DNA of 64,000 nucleotides from an uncultured Bacillota bacterium (GCA_963823655.1 CAWGMK010000013.1:32001-96000); one strand, 5' to 3'; shown: positions 43,807 through 54,705, counted from the first letter of the stretch. Program-made: numbers and translations. The notes: a model not told the origin generated them from the sequence alone.

Positions 43807-44843
43807 CTACTTCTTCATCTTCGGGTCCAGGGCATCACGCAGGCCGTCTCCAAGCTGGTTGAATGCCAGAATGGTCAGCGCGATGATCAAGGACGGGAAA
43901 AGAAGCCTGTAAGGATAGGTGTAGACGCCATTCATGGCATCTGAAGCAAGAGAGCCGAGTGACGCCATCGGTGCTGAAACTCCAAGGCCGATAAAGCTAA
44001 GAAACGATTCCACGAATATTGCCGCAGGAATCTGGAAAGTAGCAGTGACGATTATCGGTCCGATGCTATTAGGTATCAAGTGCCTTAATATTATCCTTTT
44101 GCTGCTCGCTCCAAGCGCCCTGGCAGCAGTGACGAATTCCTGTTCTTTTATCTGCATAACCTGGCCGCGGACCATCCTTGCCATCCCAACCCAGTAGAGC
44201 AGCGCGAATGTTATGAAATATCGAGATTAGGCCTGGCGCCGATCCCGGCAAGGCCGCTAAACACCCCGCCGGATTCGAAAAGCGCGGTGAGTGGGTCCTT
44301 CAAATAACGGAAAGCAGGATGACTATCAAAATATCAGGGACGGAGTAGAGGATCTCCACGAACCTCATCATGATATTGTCGATCCAACCGCCCGCAAGGC
44401 CGGCGATCGATCCATACAATGATCCGATTATCAAGATGATCAATGTGGCAACCAAGGCCTACAAGAAAGGAGATCCTGGTGCCGATCATGACCCTGACCA
44501 TGAGGTCGCGGCCTAGTTTGTCTGTTCCCATCCAATGGCCCATGCGTACTGTACCGTCCTCATTTGTTATCTTAGCTAATGTAGGGGGAAAGGTCCACAT
44601 CTTCTCTTATCTGCTGCTTCATAGCTGTAGGGCATCAATCATGGGGCCTATGAACGCGAACATGAAAACAAGCAATATTACTACTATGGACGCCATGGCC
44701 ACCTTGTTCCGCCTAAGTCTCCTGCCGGCATCCTGCCAATATGTGGTGGACGGGCGCATGACGCTCAACTGTACGCGCTCCGATTTCGGAACGGGTGAGA
44801 ACATCTCTGGATCTACTTGCATGCTAAAAGGTTTCTTATTCAT
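43807..44843 (-). CDS. oppC: Oligopeptide ABC permease (multiple frameshifts)
   Basis: 'YWQDA.RRL.RNK.AM', '[18 protein letters not shown]', 'MARMVRGQ...KEQEFV.AARALG', '[10 protein letters not shown]'. Confidence 0.85.
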
Positions 44844-44855
44844 CCTGCGCCCTCC

Positions 44856-45775
44856 TTATCTCAGCTTGATTCTGGGGTCGATCAAGCGGGTATACGATAT
44901 CGACCACAAGATTCATGGTAATTATAAATGCTGCAAGGAATATCGTGGTTCCCATGATCATCGGATAATCCCTTGCATTGATTGAGTCAATGAAGAACTT
45001 TCCAAGTCCTGGTATCGTGAAATATCTTCTCGACAATGAAACCGCCTGAGAGAACATAGGCCGTCAAGGGTCCCAGGTATGTCACGACAGGCAGGATGGA
45101 ATTCTTAAGGCATGTTTGCCGATTACAAGCAGTTTATTCAGGCCCTTGGCCTTCGCCGTACGGATGTAGTCCTGGCCTAGAACATCCAGCATGGAAGACC
45201 TGGTCAGCCTTGAAATATAGCATGTCGGATATAGCGAAAGCGCTATAGAAGGCATGATGTAGTTCTTCCATGAGTCTAGCCCGAAAGTCGGAAGTATAGG
45301 CCAAAGAACGCCGAATACTATTAGTAGAAGAGTTCCTATGACAAATCCCGGCACAGCAATGCCAAAGGTCGTAAAAAGCATAATCAGCCTGTCAGGCCAC
45401 CTTCTCATGGTTCAAAGCCGCAAGGCTGCCCAGAGGGATGCCTATGCATACGGCTAGCGTAAGGGCTATCAAGCCTACCTTGGCCGAGATAGGGAACTTG
45501 TCGGTGATTATCTCGTTGACAGTCCTGCCTTTATACTTAATAGTGGGCCCGAAGTCGAAACGGGCCACATTCTTCATATATGTCAGATACTGGTCCAACA
45601 TTGGCTTATCGAGGCCATATTTCTTGTTCAACGCTTCTATTACGCTAGGTGGCAGGCCTTTTTCTGAGTTGAAGGGGCTTCCTGGTACAAACCTCATCAA
45701 CAGGAAAGTCAGCGTCGCGATCAAGAAGATCGTTACAACCGCCGAAAGCACACGCCTAAGGATGAATTTCCACAT
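44856..45775 (-). CDS. oppB: Oligopeptide ABC permease (multiple frameshifts)
   Basis: 'FILRRV', 'PGSPF', 'KYGLDKP..QY', '[21 protein letters not shown]', 'IPGLG.FF..SI..RDYP'. Confidence 0.85.
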
Positions 45776-45928
45776 ATACCCAACTCCTTGGTAAAATAGT
45801 AACATTACGACATTTTGCTACATTCTTAATGATAATACACCTGAACCCAAAATATGACTATATTCGTAGTAAAAACGAGATTGTGTACAGGATTCACATG
45901 TAAAATGTATCGAAAACCGTGTTGCAAA

Positions 45929-47518
45929 TCAAAAACCGCCCCTATTTACGACCGATGCCATTATCCCCGACCAGAATTCGAATACTCCAGAAATGATCTC
46001 GTAATCGACGCGGGGCTGGATGTCCAAGTACATCGAGGCTGCGCCTTCTTTTGTGAATTGAGGCCAAGCCGGTCTCATAGCGTGGGATGGGTTGCCCGTT
46101 TTGGAAAATGCAGTCCAATAATCCGCCATCATTCTTGCTACTTCTTTTTCATCGGCGAGGAAGGCGGGGGTGTCCACTATGCCGAAGACGTATAGCAGGT
46201 CAGACGCGTGGAATGCCCCGATTCCGGCAGACCTAAGAAGCTTGCTTGCATAGGCAAAGATATAATTGTAAACGGGATTTCCTGCTCGCGAATGGAGAAT
46301 TGAAGCCAATCTGGATGAATAAGTGAATGTTACGTCTCCGATTGCGCTCATATATGCTCGTCCCGGAGTTGCTTCATCAAACGGGTACTGCTCAATGATC
46401 TTTTCCACGAATTCGGGGAAATACCTTGCCAACTTAACCTTATACTCCTCCAGGGTGGTCGGCCCTCCTGATGAGGATATGCCCATCTCATCAGAGTTGG
46501 ATCCGACGACAAGGGGGACTTTTGACTGTTCTCCCCTGCTGAACACATCAAGTGGCTGGCTTCTTAGCAGATAGCCATCCAAGCAAAGAAGGTCAAGGGT
46601 GCTTTTTGCAGGCATATTGCCGTCATTTGACGGGTTCATCTTCAGTAGTTGCTCCCAGTTCATCAGCCTTAATTCGTCAAGGGAGGTTTCGAAGTCGTCA
46701 ACGCCTATTCTTGAGGCCATCCTCTCCCATAACTGACAAGCCTCCTGGCTGGTCTTAAGGCCGAAAGGAATTGCACCGCTCTGGGCAATAGCACCTTGGA
46801 ACAGTCCTTCTGAAAGGGAGGAGGACATTAAAGTCAGAACGCTTACGGCGCCTGCAGATTCGCCGAAGACAGTAACATTTTCCGGATCCCCGCCGAAGCC
46901 GGCGATGTTCTCCTTAACCCATTTGAGAGCCGCAATCTGATCAAGCAACCCATAATTGCCGTAAGAGCCGCCGGTGGAGGCATCCGCAAGACCAGGATGG
47001 CAGAAGAACCCGAAGACGCCGAGCCTGTAATTGAGCGTGACTACGATGACACCTCTTTCGGCCAGGTATGACCCGTCATAAACCCTTTTCGCGGCGGAAC
47101 CTGTAAGAAAGGAGCCTCCATGGATATATACCATAACTGGCAAACCTGCTTCGGCATCATCTGCCGGAGTCCAGACATTCAAGTATAGGCAGTCCTCATC
47201 GAATGTCTCGAGCTGCAAGTCGATATCTGTTGTGGAAGGGTAGGAAGGGCAGCTGCTCTTAAAGACATCGCAAAGCAAAGGCAATTTCCAGGGTTCGGGC
47301 GGTCTCGGAGCCTTCCACCTGAGTTCTCCCACAGGTGGAGCTGCATAAGGTATGCCTTTGAATACCCTAATATCACCGAAAGACAGGTTGCCCATCACAG
47401 GTCCGTAGGCAGTAGGTACTACAAGCGGTACTTTAGCTGATGCATTTCCTGCGCAGCCGATGAATACGGCAATGATTACCGAAATCAGCATAAAGGTTAT
47501 CGCCTTGGAGAGCTTCAT
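45929..47518 (-). CDS. Type-B carboxylesterase (pNB-esterase-like), probable lipoprotein
   Basis: Lipobox-like 'FIGC'; 'FKGIPYAAPPVG.LRW', 'EDCLYLNVW', 'HGG', nucleophile 'GESAG', 'GA.HASDL.YVFG'. Confidence 0.92.
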   Translation of the reverse strand: MKLSKAITFMLISVIIAVFIGCAGNASAKVPLVVPTAYGPVMGNLSFGDIRVFKGIPYAAPPVGELRWKAPRPPEPWKLPLLCDVFKSSCPSYPSTTDIDLQLETFDEDCLYLNVWTPADDAEAGLPVMVYIHGGSFLTGSAAKRVYDGSYLAERGVIVVTLNYRLGVFGFFCHPGLADASTGGSYGNYGLLDQIAALKWVKENIAGFGGDPENVTVFGESAGAVSVLTLMSSSLSEGLFQGAIAQSGAIPFGLKTSQEACQLWERMASRIGVDDFETSLDELRLMNWEQLLKMNPSNDGNMPAKSTLDLLCLDGYLLRSQPLDVFSRGEQSKVPLVVGSNSDEMGISSSGGPTTLEEYKVKLARYFPEFVEKIIEQYPFDEATPGRAYMSAIGDVTFTYSSRLASILHSRAGNPVYNYIFAYASKLLRSAGIGAFHASDLLYVFGIVDTPAFLADEKEVARMMADYWTAFSKTGNPSHAMRPAWPQFTKEGAASMYLDIQPRVDYEIISGVFEFWSGIMASVVNRGGF

Positions 47519-47578
47519 ATAATACCTCCCGGGAGGAATCATGAAACATAATCGAATTGTAGCACAACGAAGTATAAG

Positions 47579-48754
47579 CTACATGTTCTCCCGGGGGTGC
47601 CTGCCGAATATGCAGGCGGTCGAAGCGAGTGATATGACCTTGTTCCCGTGACGGCTCCTTATGCTATCGAGCGCATTGGTCAGGTTGTACTTTCGAAGCT
47701 CTTCAGGAAGCAATGAGACTTGCCTTAATGATCCCTCATACATCGATAACGACGAAAGGCCAAGACCAATAAGCCTTACCTTCCTGCTCCTGTCCCAATG
47801 GCTCTCGAACAGGGGCATAGCGAACTCCGCCACCTCGTACCCGGTGACAATATTGTTGCACAGCGTCTTGGATTTTTGGGCAGTCTCGAAATCATCATAC
47901 CTGATAGTAATGGTGATGGTCTTCGCGCACATACCCTCTTTACGCATCCTGCTGCTCACGTGGTCAGACAGGAAATGGATGCAGTGAAGCATTGTATCCT
48001 TATCAGAGACATCAAACGGCAGAGTCATTCGACAGGATATGCTTTTCGGAGGAATTTCTCCAAGTTGAATAAGGTCTTCATCAAGTCCTGACAGCAGCCT
48101 TAAGATACTATCCTGAGACAATCCCAACTGCTTGAGGACGATTTCTGGGGAGGCTCTCAGTTGTCCAAGCGTCAAAATGCCTTTCGATTTTAAAAAGTAA
48201 ACAGTTGCTTTACCGATGCCCAATAACCGCTCGACGCCGAACTTGTCCAAGCAGCAGGGGAGCTCGTCTGGCCTGAGCACAGTCAAGCCTTTTGGTTTGA
48301 CAATTTCGGATGCGAGCTTGGCAAGGATCTTCGTTGGAGCCACCCCAATGGAGACAGTGATGCCGATGCTGGCTTCAACCCATTCTGCGAATTTTCTCAA
48401 CACTGATACTGCGGCCTCATACGAAGAGGTGGATTCAACATAGAATTCGTCTATTGATGAGGATTCCACTGCGAAACCCAATGCTTCAAGCTTAGAGCCC
48501 ATCAATCTGTGGACTGAAGCATAGTAACTGAAGTCGCCGGATATGAAAATCGCTTCCGGACAGATCCTTGCTGCTTCACTGGGTGACATTCCAGCTTTTA
48601 CGCCTTGTCTCTTGGCTGGGTATGATGCCGATGAGACAACGCTCCTGGTTCCCGGAGCACCGGCAATGATGAGGCTCTTGCCTGCAAGGGAAGGGTTCTT
48701 TGCCTGCTCACACGAAGCGAAAAAGGCATCGCAGTCAATAAGGGCCTTAGGCAT
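47579..48754 (-). CDS. dinB: Y-family DNA polymerase (DinB/PolY)
   Basis: 'IDCDAFFASCE', 'SYPAK..GVK.GM', catalytic 'SIDE', 'SIGVAPTK.LAKLAS...KP.G', 'GIG', little-finger 'VRLIG'. Confidence 0.92.
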   Translation of the reverse strand: MPKALIDCDAFFASCEQAKNPSLAGKSLIIAGAPGTRSVVSSASYPAKRQGVKAGMSPSEAARICPEAIFISGDFSYYASVHRLMGSKLEALGFAVESSSIDEFYVESTSSYEAAVSVLRKFAEWVEASIGITVSIGVAPTKILAKLASEIVKPKGLTVLRPDELPCCLDKFGVERLLGIGKATVYFLKSKGILTLGQLRASPEIVLKQLGLSQDSILRLLSGLDEDLIQLGEIPPKSISCRMTLPFDVSDKDTMLHCIHFLSDHVSSRMRKEGMCAKTITITIRYDDFETAQKSKTLCNNIVTGYEVAEFAMPLFESHWDRSRKVRLIGLGLSSLSMYEGSLRQVSLLPEELRKYNLTNALDSIRSRHGNKVISLASTACIFGRHPRENM

Positions 48755-49535
48755 TGGACATCAGCTTCTTTTTCAGGGCCTTGGCGTTTCTTGCGGCGTT
48801 ACCCATGTGGCAGTTGTTCAGATATATATAGGAGTCCTTCGCAGACGACATTACCTTGTGAATTCCCGGGACCCATTCATCCAGCTCATCGTCCCCGTAG
48901 TCGTAGTCATATCTGTCACCACCAGGCCTTGCATTCCACCAATCCCGTTTGTTCCTGCCGTGGAATCTGAAGTATGAGAAATCAGCAGTGGCAACTGCAA
49001 GTGGAGGGAAAAGGCCGGGAAGGCGGGGCTCGTCAACACAGCAAAGCGCAAGTCCGTTTGATTCTAACAAGGAAATCATCTTCTCATTGGCCCATGAATC
49101 GTTTCTGAACTCAACTGCAGTCCTGATACCTTTGAAGACTTCTGCCGTCCTAAGAAGCCTATCAGCATTTTCCTGATTCATCCTGAATGACCACGGGTAT
49201 TGTATTAGCAGCGAGCCGAACTTCCCTCTATCCACCAACGGAATAAGAGAATCAGAGAATTCCTTTGATGCATTCAGGACATCCATCATGGAAAGCCCTT
49301 TATCGTGAGTGATGGACTTGTGAGTTCTTATGCTGAAGGTGAAATCATCCCCAACAGCGTCAGCGAGCTTGTTGAGTGTGCCTGAGCGCGGCATCGTATA
49401 GTAAGTATAATCCAGTTCGACTGTGGAGAACTCAGTCTGATAAAACCTAAGCATATCAGGCAATTTTGTCCCGCTGGGATAAAAGTGCCCGACCCAATCC
49501 TTATAGCTGAAACCCGATGTACCTATATGAAGCAT
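48747..49535 (-). CDS. DUF72 (YecE-like) protein
   Basis: 'IGTSGFSY.DW.G.FYP', 'VELD.TYY', 'LIQYP.SF', 'VEFRN.SW', 'YFRFHGRN', 'Y.Y.Y...EL.EW', 'NNCH.G.A..NA'. Confidence 0.92.
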   Translation of the reverse strand: MLHIGTSGFSYKDWVGHFYPSGTKLPDMLRFYQTEFSTVELDYTYYTMPRSGTLNKLADAVGDDFTFSIRTHKSITHDKGLSMMDVLNASKEFSDSLIPLVDRGKFGSLLIQYPWSFRMNQENADRLLRTAEVFKGIRTAVEFRNDSWANEKMISLLESNGLALCCVDEPRLPGLFPPLAVATADFSYFRFHGRNKRDWWNARPGGDRYDYDYGDDELDEWVPGIHKVMSSAKDSYIYLNNCHMGNAARNAKALKKKLMSNA

Positions 49536-49545
49536 GAAATCACTC

Positions 49546-49559
49546 CGAACAAATGTTCT
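49546..49559 (-). promoter_or_regulatory. LexA (SOS/Cheo) box of the DUF72-dinB operon
   Basis: CGAAC-AAAT-GTTCT fits the Gram-positive GAAC-N4-GTTC consensus. It lies between the RBS and a TTGACA(49593-49588)-16 nt-TAGAAT(49571-49566) promoter on the - strand. Confidence 0.8.
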
Positions 49560-49868
49560 GATTCGATTCTATACTTATGCCTGGACTTGTCAATTGGTTA
49601 GGTACTTTTTGCGATCAGCGATATTATACTTTTCCATGCACTGCTGTATACTAATTTTATCAGCTGGATATTCCTCTGGAATTCTGCCTGTCCGGTATGC
49701 TCAGTGGCTGGGAGTGCAGGACGAGTGACAGAAGGTCTTCTTTCGCGGATTATTGTGCTTTATTGGCGGTGCTGCCTTCCTTCTGTTGGGCGATACCGAC
49801 CGGGCTTTTGTAGCTAGACAGGTTCGTTTTTGAAAGGGGCCTGGCAAATGAGCAGGCTGTGTGCATAG

Positions 49869-50689
49869 ATGGGGAAGCTGAAGCTAATCTGCACTGATAT
49901 TGACGGTACTCTTGTATTGGATGATCACGTAAGTATCCCTGAGAAGAATATCGAAGCATTGCTGCAAGCCCAAAGAAACGGGGTTAAGGTGGCACTTGTT
50001 TCCGGGCGCGGCGTTTTCAGCCAGCAGCGTTTCGTAAAAGGGCTCTTGCTGGATCAATACGATGGCTTCTTGATTGCTTTCACCGGTGCAAAGATAGTAA
50101 CCGCCAAGCACCTTGAAGTGCTCTTCGGGCTTCCACTTGCCATGGCAGATATCAGGATGGTATTCGATTATGTTTCCCCCCTCGGAATGGACATCATGAT
50201 TTACGACGATGAGGAAGGGATAATGTACGCTACTTCAGATAACAAGTTCACCAATTCGACCAGCAAGTAACAGGAATGGCTTTTAGCCTGCTGGATAATA
50301 TGGACTTCACCCCGAGTTTTACTACTTATAAGTGCATTATCGCCGGCAGCCCCGAAAAGCTGGATAAATACCTTGACGGCATAAAGGAGAAGTATTCTGC
50401 AGATTACAGCATAACCAGATCGTCATCGGTCTTTGCCGAGTTCAATCTAAACGGAGCAAGCAAAGGAAATGCTGTAAGGATGCTCGCAAAGAGGTTAAGT
50501 ATAACAACTGAGGAGGTGCTGGCGGTAGGAAACGGCGAAAATGACAAATCGATGCTGACCTTAGCAGGGATGTCCGCAGCTCCCTCAGATGCGATGGAAG
50601 AGGCGAAAAGATCGGCAAAGTTCCTGTGCACAAGGAGAAATGCCGACGGCGCCCTGGCCGAGGCTATTGAGCATTACATCAAGCTATAG
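49869..50689 (+). CDS. Cof-type HAD-IIB phosphatase (frameshift near 50255)
   Basis: 'CTDIDGTLV', 'VSGR', 'SKGNAV', 'VGNGENDKSML'; the two halves are in different frames. Confidence 0.85.
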
Positions 50690-50766
50690 AGCATATTCGT
50701 AATGGCAAATTCTGGCGCCACTATGCATAATTGAGTTGAGCCTACTATTCATAAGGAGGAAAAACC

Positions 50767-51822
50767 ATGCGTAAGTATTTTGCCCTTGCCATCGCGTTGA
50801 TCATCGTAGCCGGCGCGGCAATGCTCGGTACTGCCGCTGAGCCGAGCGGAAAGCTTTCTGTCCTGATAATAATCCAGGAGGGCGAAGGAAAAGCAGTCAT
50901 CGAGGGATTTAAGAAGCTATATCCCAAAATCGCCGTGGATTCGCTCAGGATGTCGGCTTCAGAGGGTACTGCAAGGATAAAAGCAGAGAAGATTGACCCA
51001 ACTTTCGACATAATTCTTGGCGGCCCCTCCGACAATTTCGAGATACTGAAAAAGGAAAAGGCCCTTTTGAAGTACGTACCGGCCAACGCCGGCGAAATCC
51101 CCGCCGACTATCAGGATAATGAAGGTTACTGGTTCGGGCTTTATGTCGGGCCGCTTGCCATTGCCATCAACACGAAAAGGTACACTGAAAAGAATTACAA
51201 AGAGAAGCTCGGCAAAGACTGGAACCAGATTACTCTGGATGATCTTACCAAAGTATACGCTGCGAGCGGCGTCAAAGACGTCACCGTTGCCAATCCCAAA
51301 TCCTCAGGAACTGCGAAGATGTTCATATCTGGCCTATGGCAGTATTACAACTCCATCGGCCTTGATGGCAAGGCCAAGACGAATGAATGGTACAAGGCGC
51401 TGCATCCGAACGTAGGCAACTATCAGACGTCGGGAACCGGCCCGGTGAAGTCAGTAAGCCAGGGCGAATTCACATTCTGCATAACTCCAATGCATGACGT
51501 CTACCTTTACAAGATAGACAATCCGGCGATAGGCGTTGTCGAATTCAAGGAAGCAGGCTGGGAGATCGGAGCCGTAGGCGCGATTCTGAATTCACCCAAC
51601 CAGGTCAACGCGAAACTATTCATGGACTACCTTACTTCTGCAGCAGCCGGCAATGTGCTCTCCAGCTATTCGCAGAAGATACCGTGCAACAGCAATTCAG
51701 ATGGCCCTACAGTTGGCAAGCCTCTGTCAAAGACCGTATATTTCAAGAAATACAACTATGATTTCACAACAGTCCATGACGCAGAGATCAAGGAGCTGTT
51801 CAGCGCAATAACCGGCCTATAA
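50767..51822 (+). CDS. ABC substrate-binding protein, AfuA/FbpA family
   Basis: Signal peptide; 'RMSASE..ARIKAEK..P..DI..GGP', 'IP..Y.D..GYW.G.Y', 'NPKSSGTA', 'GWEIG'. Confidence 0.8.
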   Translation: MRKYFALAIALIIVAGAAMLGTAAEPSGKLSVLIIIQEGEGKAVIEGFKKLYPKIAVDSLRMSASEGTARIKAEKIDPTFDIILGGPSDNFEILKKEKALLKYVPANAGEIPADYQDNEGYWFGLYVGPLAIAINTKRYTEKNYKEKLGKDWNQITLDDLTKVYAASGVKDVTVANPKSSGTAKMFISGLWQYYNSIGLDGKAKTNEWYKALHPNVGNYQTSGTGPVKSVSQGEFTFCITPMHDVYLYKIDNPAIGVVEFKEAGWEIGAVGAILNSPNQVNAKLFMDYLTSAAAGNVLSSYSQKIPCNSNSDGPTVGKPLSKTVYFKKYNYDFTTVHDAEIKELFSAITGL

Positions 51823-51840
51823 TCCATAAGGGTTGAAGCA

Positions 51841-51869
51841 GGGCGGTGGAGGGACTCCCTCCGCCGCCC
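51841..51869. other. GC-rich intercistronic hairpin after the SBP gene
   Basis: GGGCGGTGGAGGG/CCCTCCGCCGCCC stem (one G-U pair). Confidence 0.6.
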
Positions 51870-51891
51870 ATGCAAAGAAAGGGAATTTGCC

Positions 51892-53583
51892 ATGGAACAA
51901 GCCCCCGTAAGAGAGAAAAAGGGCCTGATTAACCAGCTTAACAACGTATTCAGGGATCCGTCCCTGATGGTTATGCTTCTAATTGCCTTCGCCTTCATCG
52001 GGCTGTTCATCGTTTATCCCCTTTGGAAGCTTATGGCCAATACGACAATAGAGACGTGGAGGAATTTCTTCGTCAAGCTGCCATACAGGAGGGCTTACGC
52101 AAGGACTATCTATTCCTCCCTGCTGTCGGCGTTCACCGCGACATTTCTGGCTTTCCTTTACGCCTATTCGATTGAATACACCGAACTGAAATTCAAGAAA
52201 TTCTTCAGATTTATTGCTTTCCTTCCCATGTTGGCGCCTTCATCCATGACAGGAATGGCCTTCATAATGCTTTTCGGGAGGAATGGCCTTCTGACTACGA
52301 AGCTTATCGGAGTCGAGGTGGAGATCTACGGCCTTCCGGGCATATGGCTCGCGCAGACGGTAGCATTCTTCCCCATGGCTTTCGTTGCGATATCGGCGGT
52401 ACTAAGGGCAATTTCGCCCAACATTGAAATCGCGGCGCAGAACCTCGGCGCAAAGGGAATCAGGTTATTCAGGACAATCACGCTGCCTCTTGCAGCTCCG
52501 GGCGTCATGTCAGCTTTTCTGCTTGTTTTCATTAATGCCATGTCAGACTTCGCCAATCCTAAACTCCTCGGAGGGCTGTATGTGACTTCACCCGTTCAGG
52601 CGTATGGAGTAGTGACAGGGGATGCGGACTTCGGGATGGCTGCAACTATTTCCGCGATGCTGTTGATACCCTCGTTGATAATATTCATAGCTCAGGCGTA
52701 TATCATGTCGAAGAAGTCATATGTCACAGTAACAGGCAAGCCTGTAGCTGGGCTGAAGAGGATTATGATGACAAAAGGCGCAGAGGTCGCAAGCCAGGTT
52801 TACGTTTTCCTGGTGGCCGCCCTGTTCTTCTTGATTGTTGGTGTTGTGGTATTCTTCGCGTTCGCGGACCCGAAAGCTTATTATGCAGGAAGGTTCGTCT
52901 TCACCCTTAAGGGCTTCACAGAGACAATGACCTTCAATGCCTATACTTTCAAAAACTCCCTGATAATTGCAGCAGCAGCAGGTGTGCTTGCTTCAGTTGT
53001 CGGATTACTGCTGGCGTTTTTAAATTCGCGTAAGGACTTCCCGGGCAAGAAGTTCCTGGATTTCTCCGCAATTCTGCCCAACACGTTGCCCGCTACTTTC
53101 CTTTCGCTTGCATTCCTTCTGTCATTCCAGAGGATGCTCGCCTTAGGGCCTATACCGATTTTGCCCAAACTGACCAAGACGATATTCATTATGATAATCA
53201 TCCAGGCAGTGAGACAATTGCCAATAGGTTATAGAAACGCCCTCTCGGGCTTCAAGCAAATTGACAAATCAATAGAAGAGGCTGCCACTAATCTGGGGGC
53301 GAATGTGGGCAAGACGATAAGCTCGGTGGTAATGCCGATGTTAAGGCCTGCTTTCATCTCTTCAATTGTGTATAACTTCATATCGGCGATGATTGCGGTA
53401 TCAATAATAATATTCGTTGTCACACCGCAATGGAATGTAGCTTCCAATGTGGTATACAGCAGGGCGGACTCGGGGTATTACTCTGAGGCAGGAGCCATGT
53501 CTATTGCCATCATGGCGATAATCCTCGGCACATTATGGCTAGTTAACTTGCTCTCACGCGGCAAGATCAAAGTATTCGATTGA
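51892..53583 (+). CDS. ABC permease, AfuB/FbpB family (duplicated TMD)
   Basis: Two EAA loops 'EIAAQNLGA' and 'EEAATNLGA'; 'LFGRNG', 'DFANP', 'YVTVTGKP'. Confidence 0.88.
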   Translation: MEQAPVREKKGLINQLNNVFRDPSLMVMLLIAFAFIGLFIVYPLWKLMANTTIETWRNFFVKLPYRRAYARTIYSSLLSAFTATFLAFLYAYSIEYTELKFKKFFRFIAFLPMLAPSSMTGMAFIMLFGRNGLLTTKLIGVEVEIYGLPGIWLAQTVAFFPMAFVAISAVLRAISPNIEIAAQNLGAKGIRLFRTITLPLAAPGVMSAFLLVFINAMSDFANPKLLGGLYVTSPVQAYGVVTGDADFGMAATISAMLLIPSLIIFIAQAYIMSKKSYVTVTGKPVAGLKRIMMTKGAEVASQVYVFLVAALFFLIVGVVVFFAFADPKAYYAGRFVFTLKGFTETMTFNAYTFKNSLIIAAAAGVLASVVGLLLAFLNSRKDFPGKKFLDFSAILPNTLPATFLSLAFLLSFQRMLALGPIPILPKLTKTIFIMIIIQAVRQLPIGYRNALSGFKQIDKSIEEAATNLGANVGKTISSVVMPMLRPAFISSIVYNFISAMIAVSIIIFVVTPQWNVASNVVYSRADSGYYSEAGAMSIAIMAIILGTLWLVNLLSRGKIKVFD

Positions 53584-53600
53584 TGCAAGGGGTGGCTGAT

Positions 53601-54668
53601 TTGGAGAAGTATCTCATCGAGCTTAAGGGAATACACAAGGTGTTCGGCTCCAATACCGTGCTAAATGATATCAATGTCGGCTTCCCCGAAGGCCGCTTCG
53701 TTACCTTCCTCGGGCCTTCCGGCTGCGGAAAGACCACTCTTCTTAGAACTATCGCCGGATTCTACAATCCGGATAAGGGCGAAGTGTGGATCGACGGAAA
53801 AAGGGTCGATATGCTTCCCGCGCACAAGAGGAACACACCGATGGTGTTCCAGGAGTACGCACTTTTTCCCCATATGAACGTCTTCGATAACGTGGCCTAT
53901 GGGCTCAGACTGCAGAAAATGGGGAGGAAAGACATAGAAGAAAGGGTCATGGAAGCGCTGACCCTTACGAATATGGCGCAGTACAAGGACCGCAACCCCA
54001 ATCAGCTATCAGGAGGGCAGCAGCAAAGGGTGGCCATTGCAAGGGCGATTGTAATGCGGTCAAAGATACTCCTCCTGGATGAACCCTTATCGAATCTTGA
54101 CGCCAAGCTCAGAGAGACCGTAAGAGTAGAGTTGAGGATGCTTCAAAGGCAGCTGAACAGGACATTCATCTATGTTACCCACGATCAGAGCGAGGCTCTT
54201 GCAATGTCGGACATCATTGTCGTCTTTAACAAGGGCAGGATCGAGCAGGTAGGGACACCCATGGAAGTGTACTTCAAGCCTGTTAGCAAGTTCGTGGCGG
54301 ATTTCATCGGTGTATCCAATTTCCTGGAAGGCAAGGTCGCCGTGAAGGACGGATCGGTAATGCTGACGCATTCAGGACGAGACTTCTGGGCAATTTCACA
54401 GGCCCAGTTCTCTGAAGGGGAGCACGCCATCTTCTCGATCAGACCGGAATCTATTTCCTTGAGCAAAAGCGAATGCGTAATCAGCTCATCGGCGTGCCTG
54501 CCGGTGAAGATCGTGCAGGGAATGTTTATCGGGGAGAAAGTCCGGTATATGGCTAAGGACGCTATAGGCATGGATTGGATAATCGACCAGCACGATACCC
54601 AGGAAATCCTGACAGGGGAAGCTTTCATCTCAATACCGCCTGACAAGGCGCACGTTATAAAGGAGTGA
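53601..54668 (+). CDS. ABC ATP-binding protein, AfuC/FbpC/PotA family
   Basis: 'GPSGCGKTT', 'FQEYALFPHM', 'LSGGQQQRVA', 'DEPLSNLDAKLR', 'VTHDQ.EA', TOBE tail. Confidence 0.92.
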   Translation: MEKYLIELKGIHKVFGSNTVLNDINVGFPEGRFVTFLGPSGCGKTTLLRTIAGFYNPDKGEVWIDGKRVDMLPAHKRNTPMVFQEYALFPHMNVFDNVAYGLRLQKMGRKDIEERVMEALTLTNMAQYKDRNPNQLSGGQQQRVAIARAIVMRSKILLLDEPLSNLDAKLRETVRVELRMLQRQLNRTFIYVTHDQSEALAMSDIIVVFNKGRIEQVGTPMEVYFKPVSKFVADFIGVSNFLEGKVAVKDGSVMLTHSGRDFWAISQAQFSEGEHAIFSIRPESISLSKSECVISSSACLPVKIVQGMFIGEKVRYMAKDAIGMDWIIDQHDTQEILTGEAFISIPPDKAHVIKE

Positions 54669-54672
54669 TCTG

Positions 54673-54705
54673 AGCGGGTGCTGGCTGCAAGGCTGCACCC
54701 GCTTT
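54673..54705 (+). terminator. Putative terminator of the afu-like operon
   Basis: AGCGGGTGC/GCACCCGCT stem with a short T tail. Confidence 0.55.
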
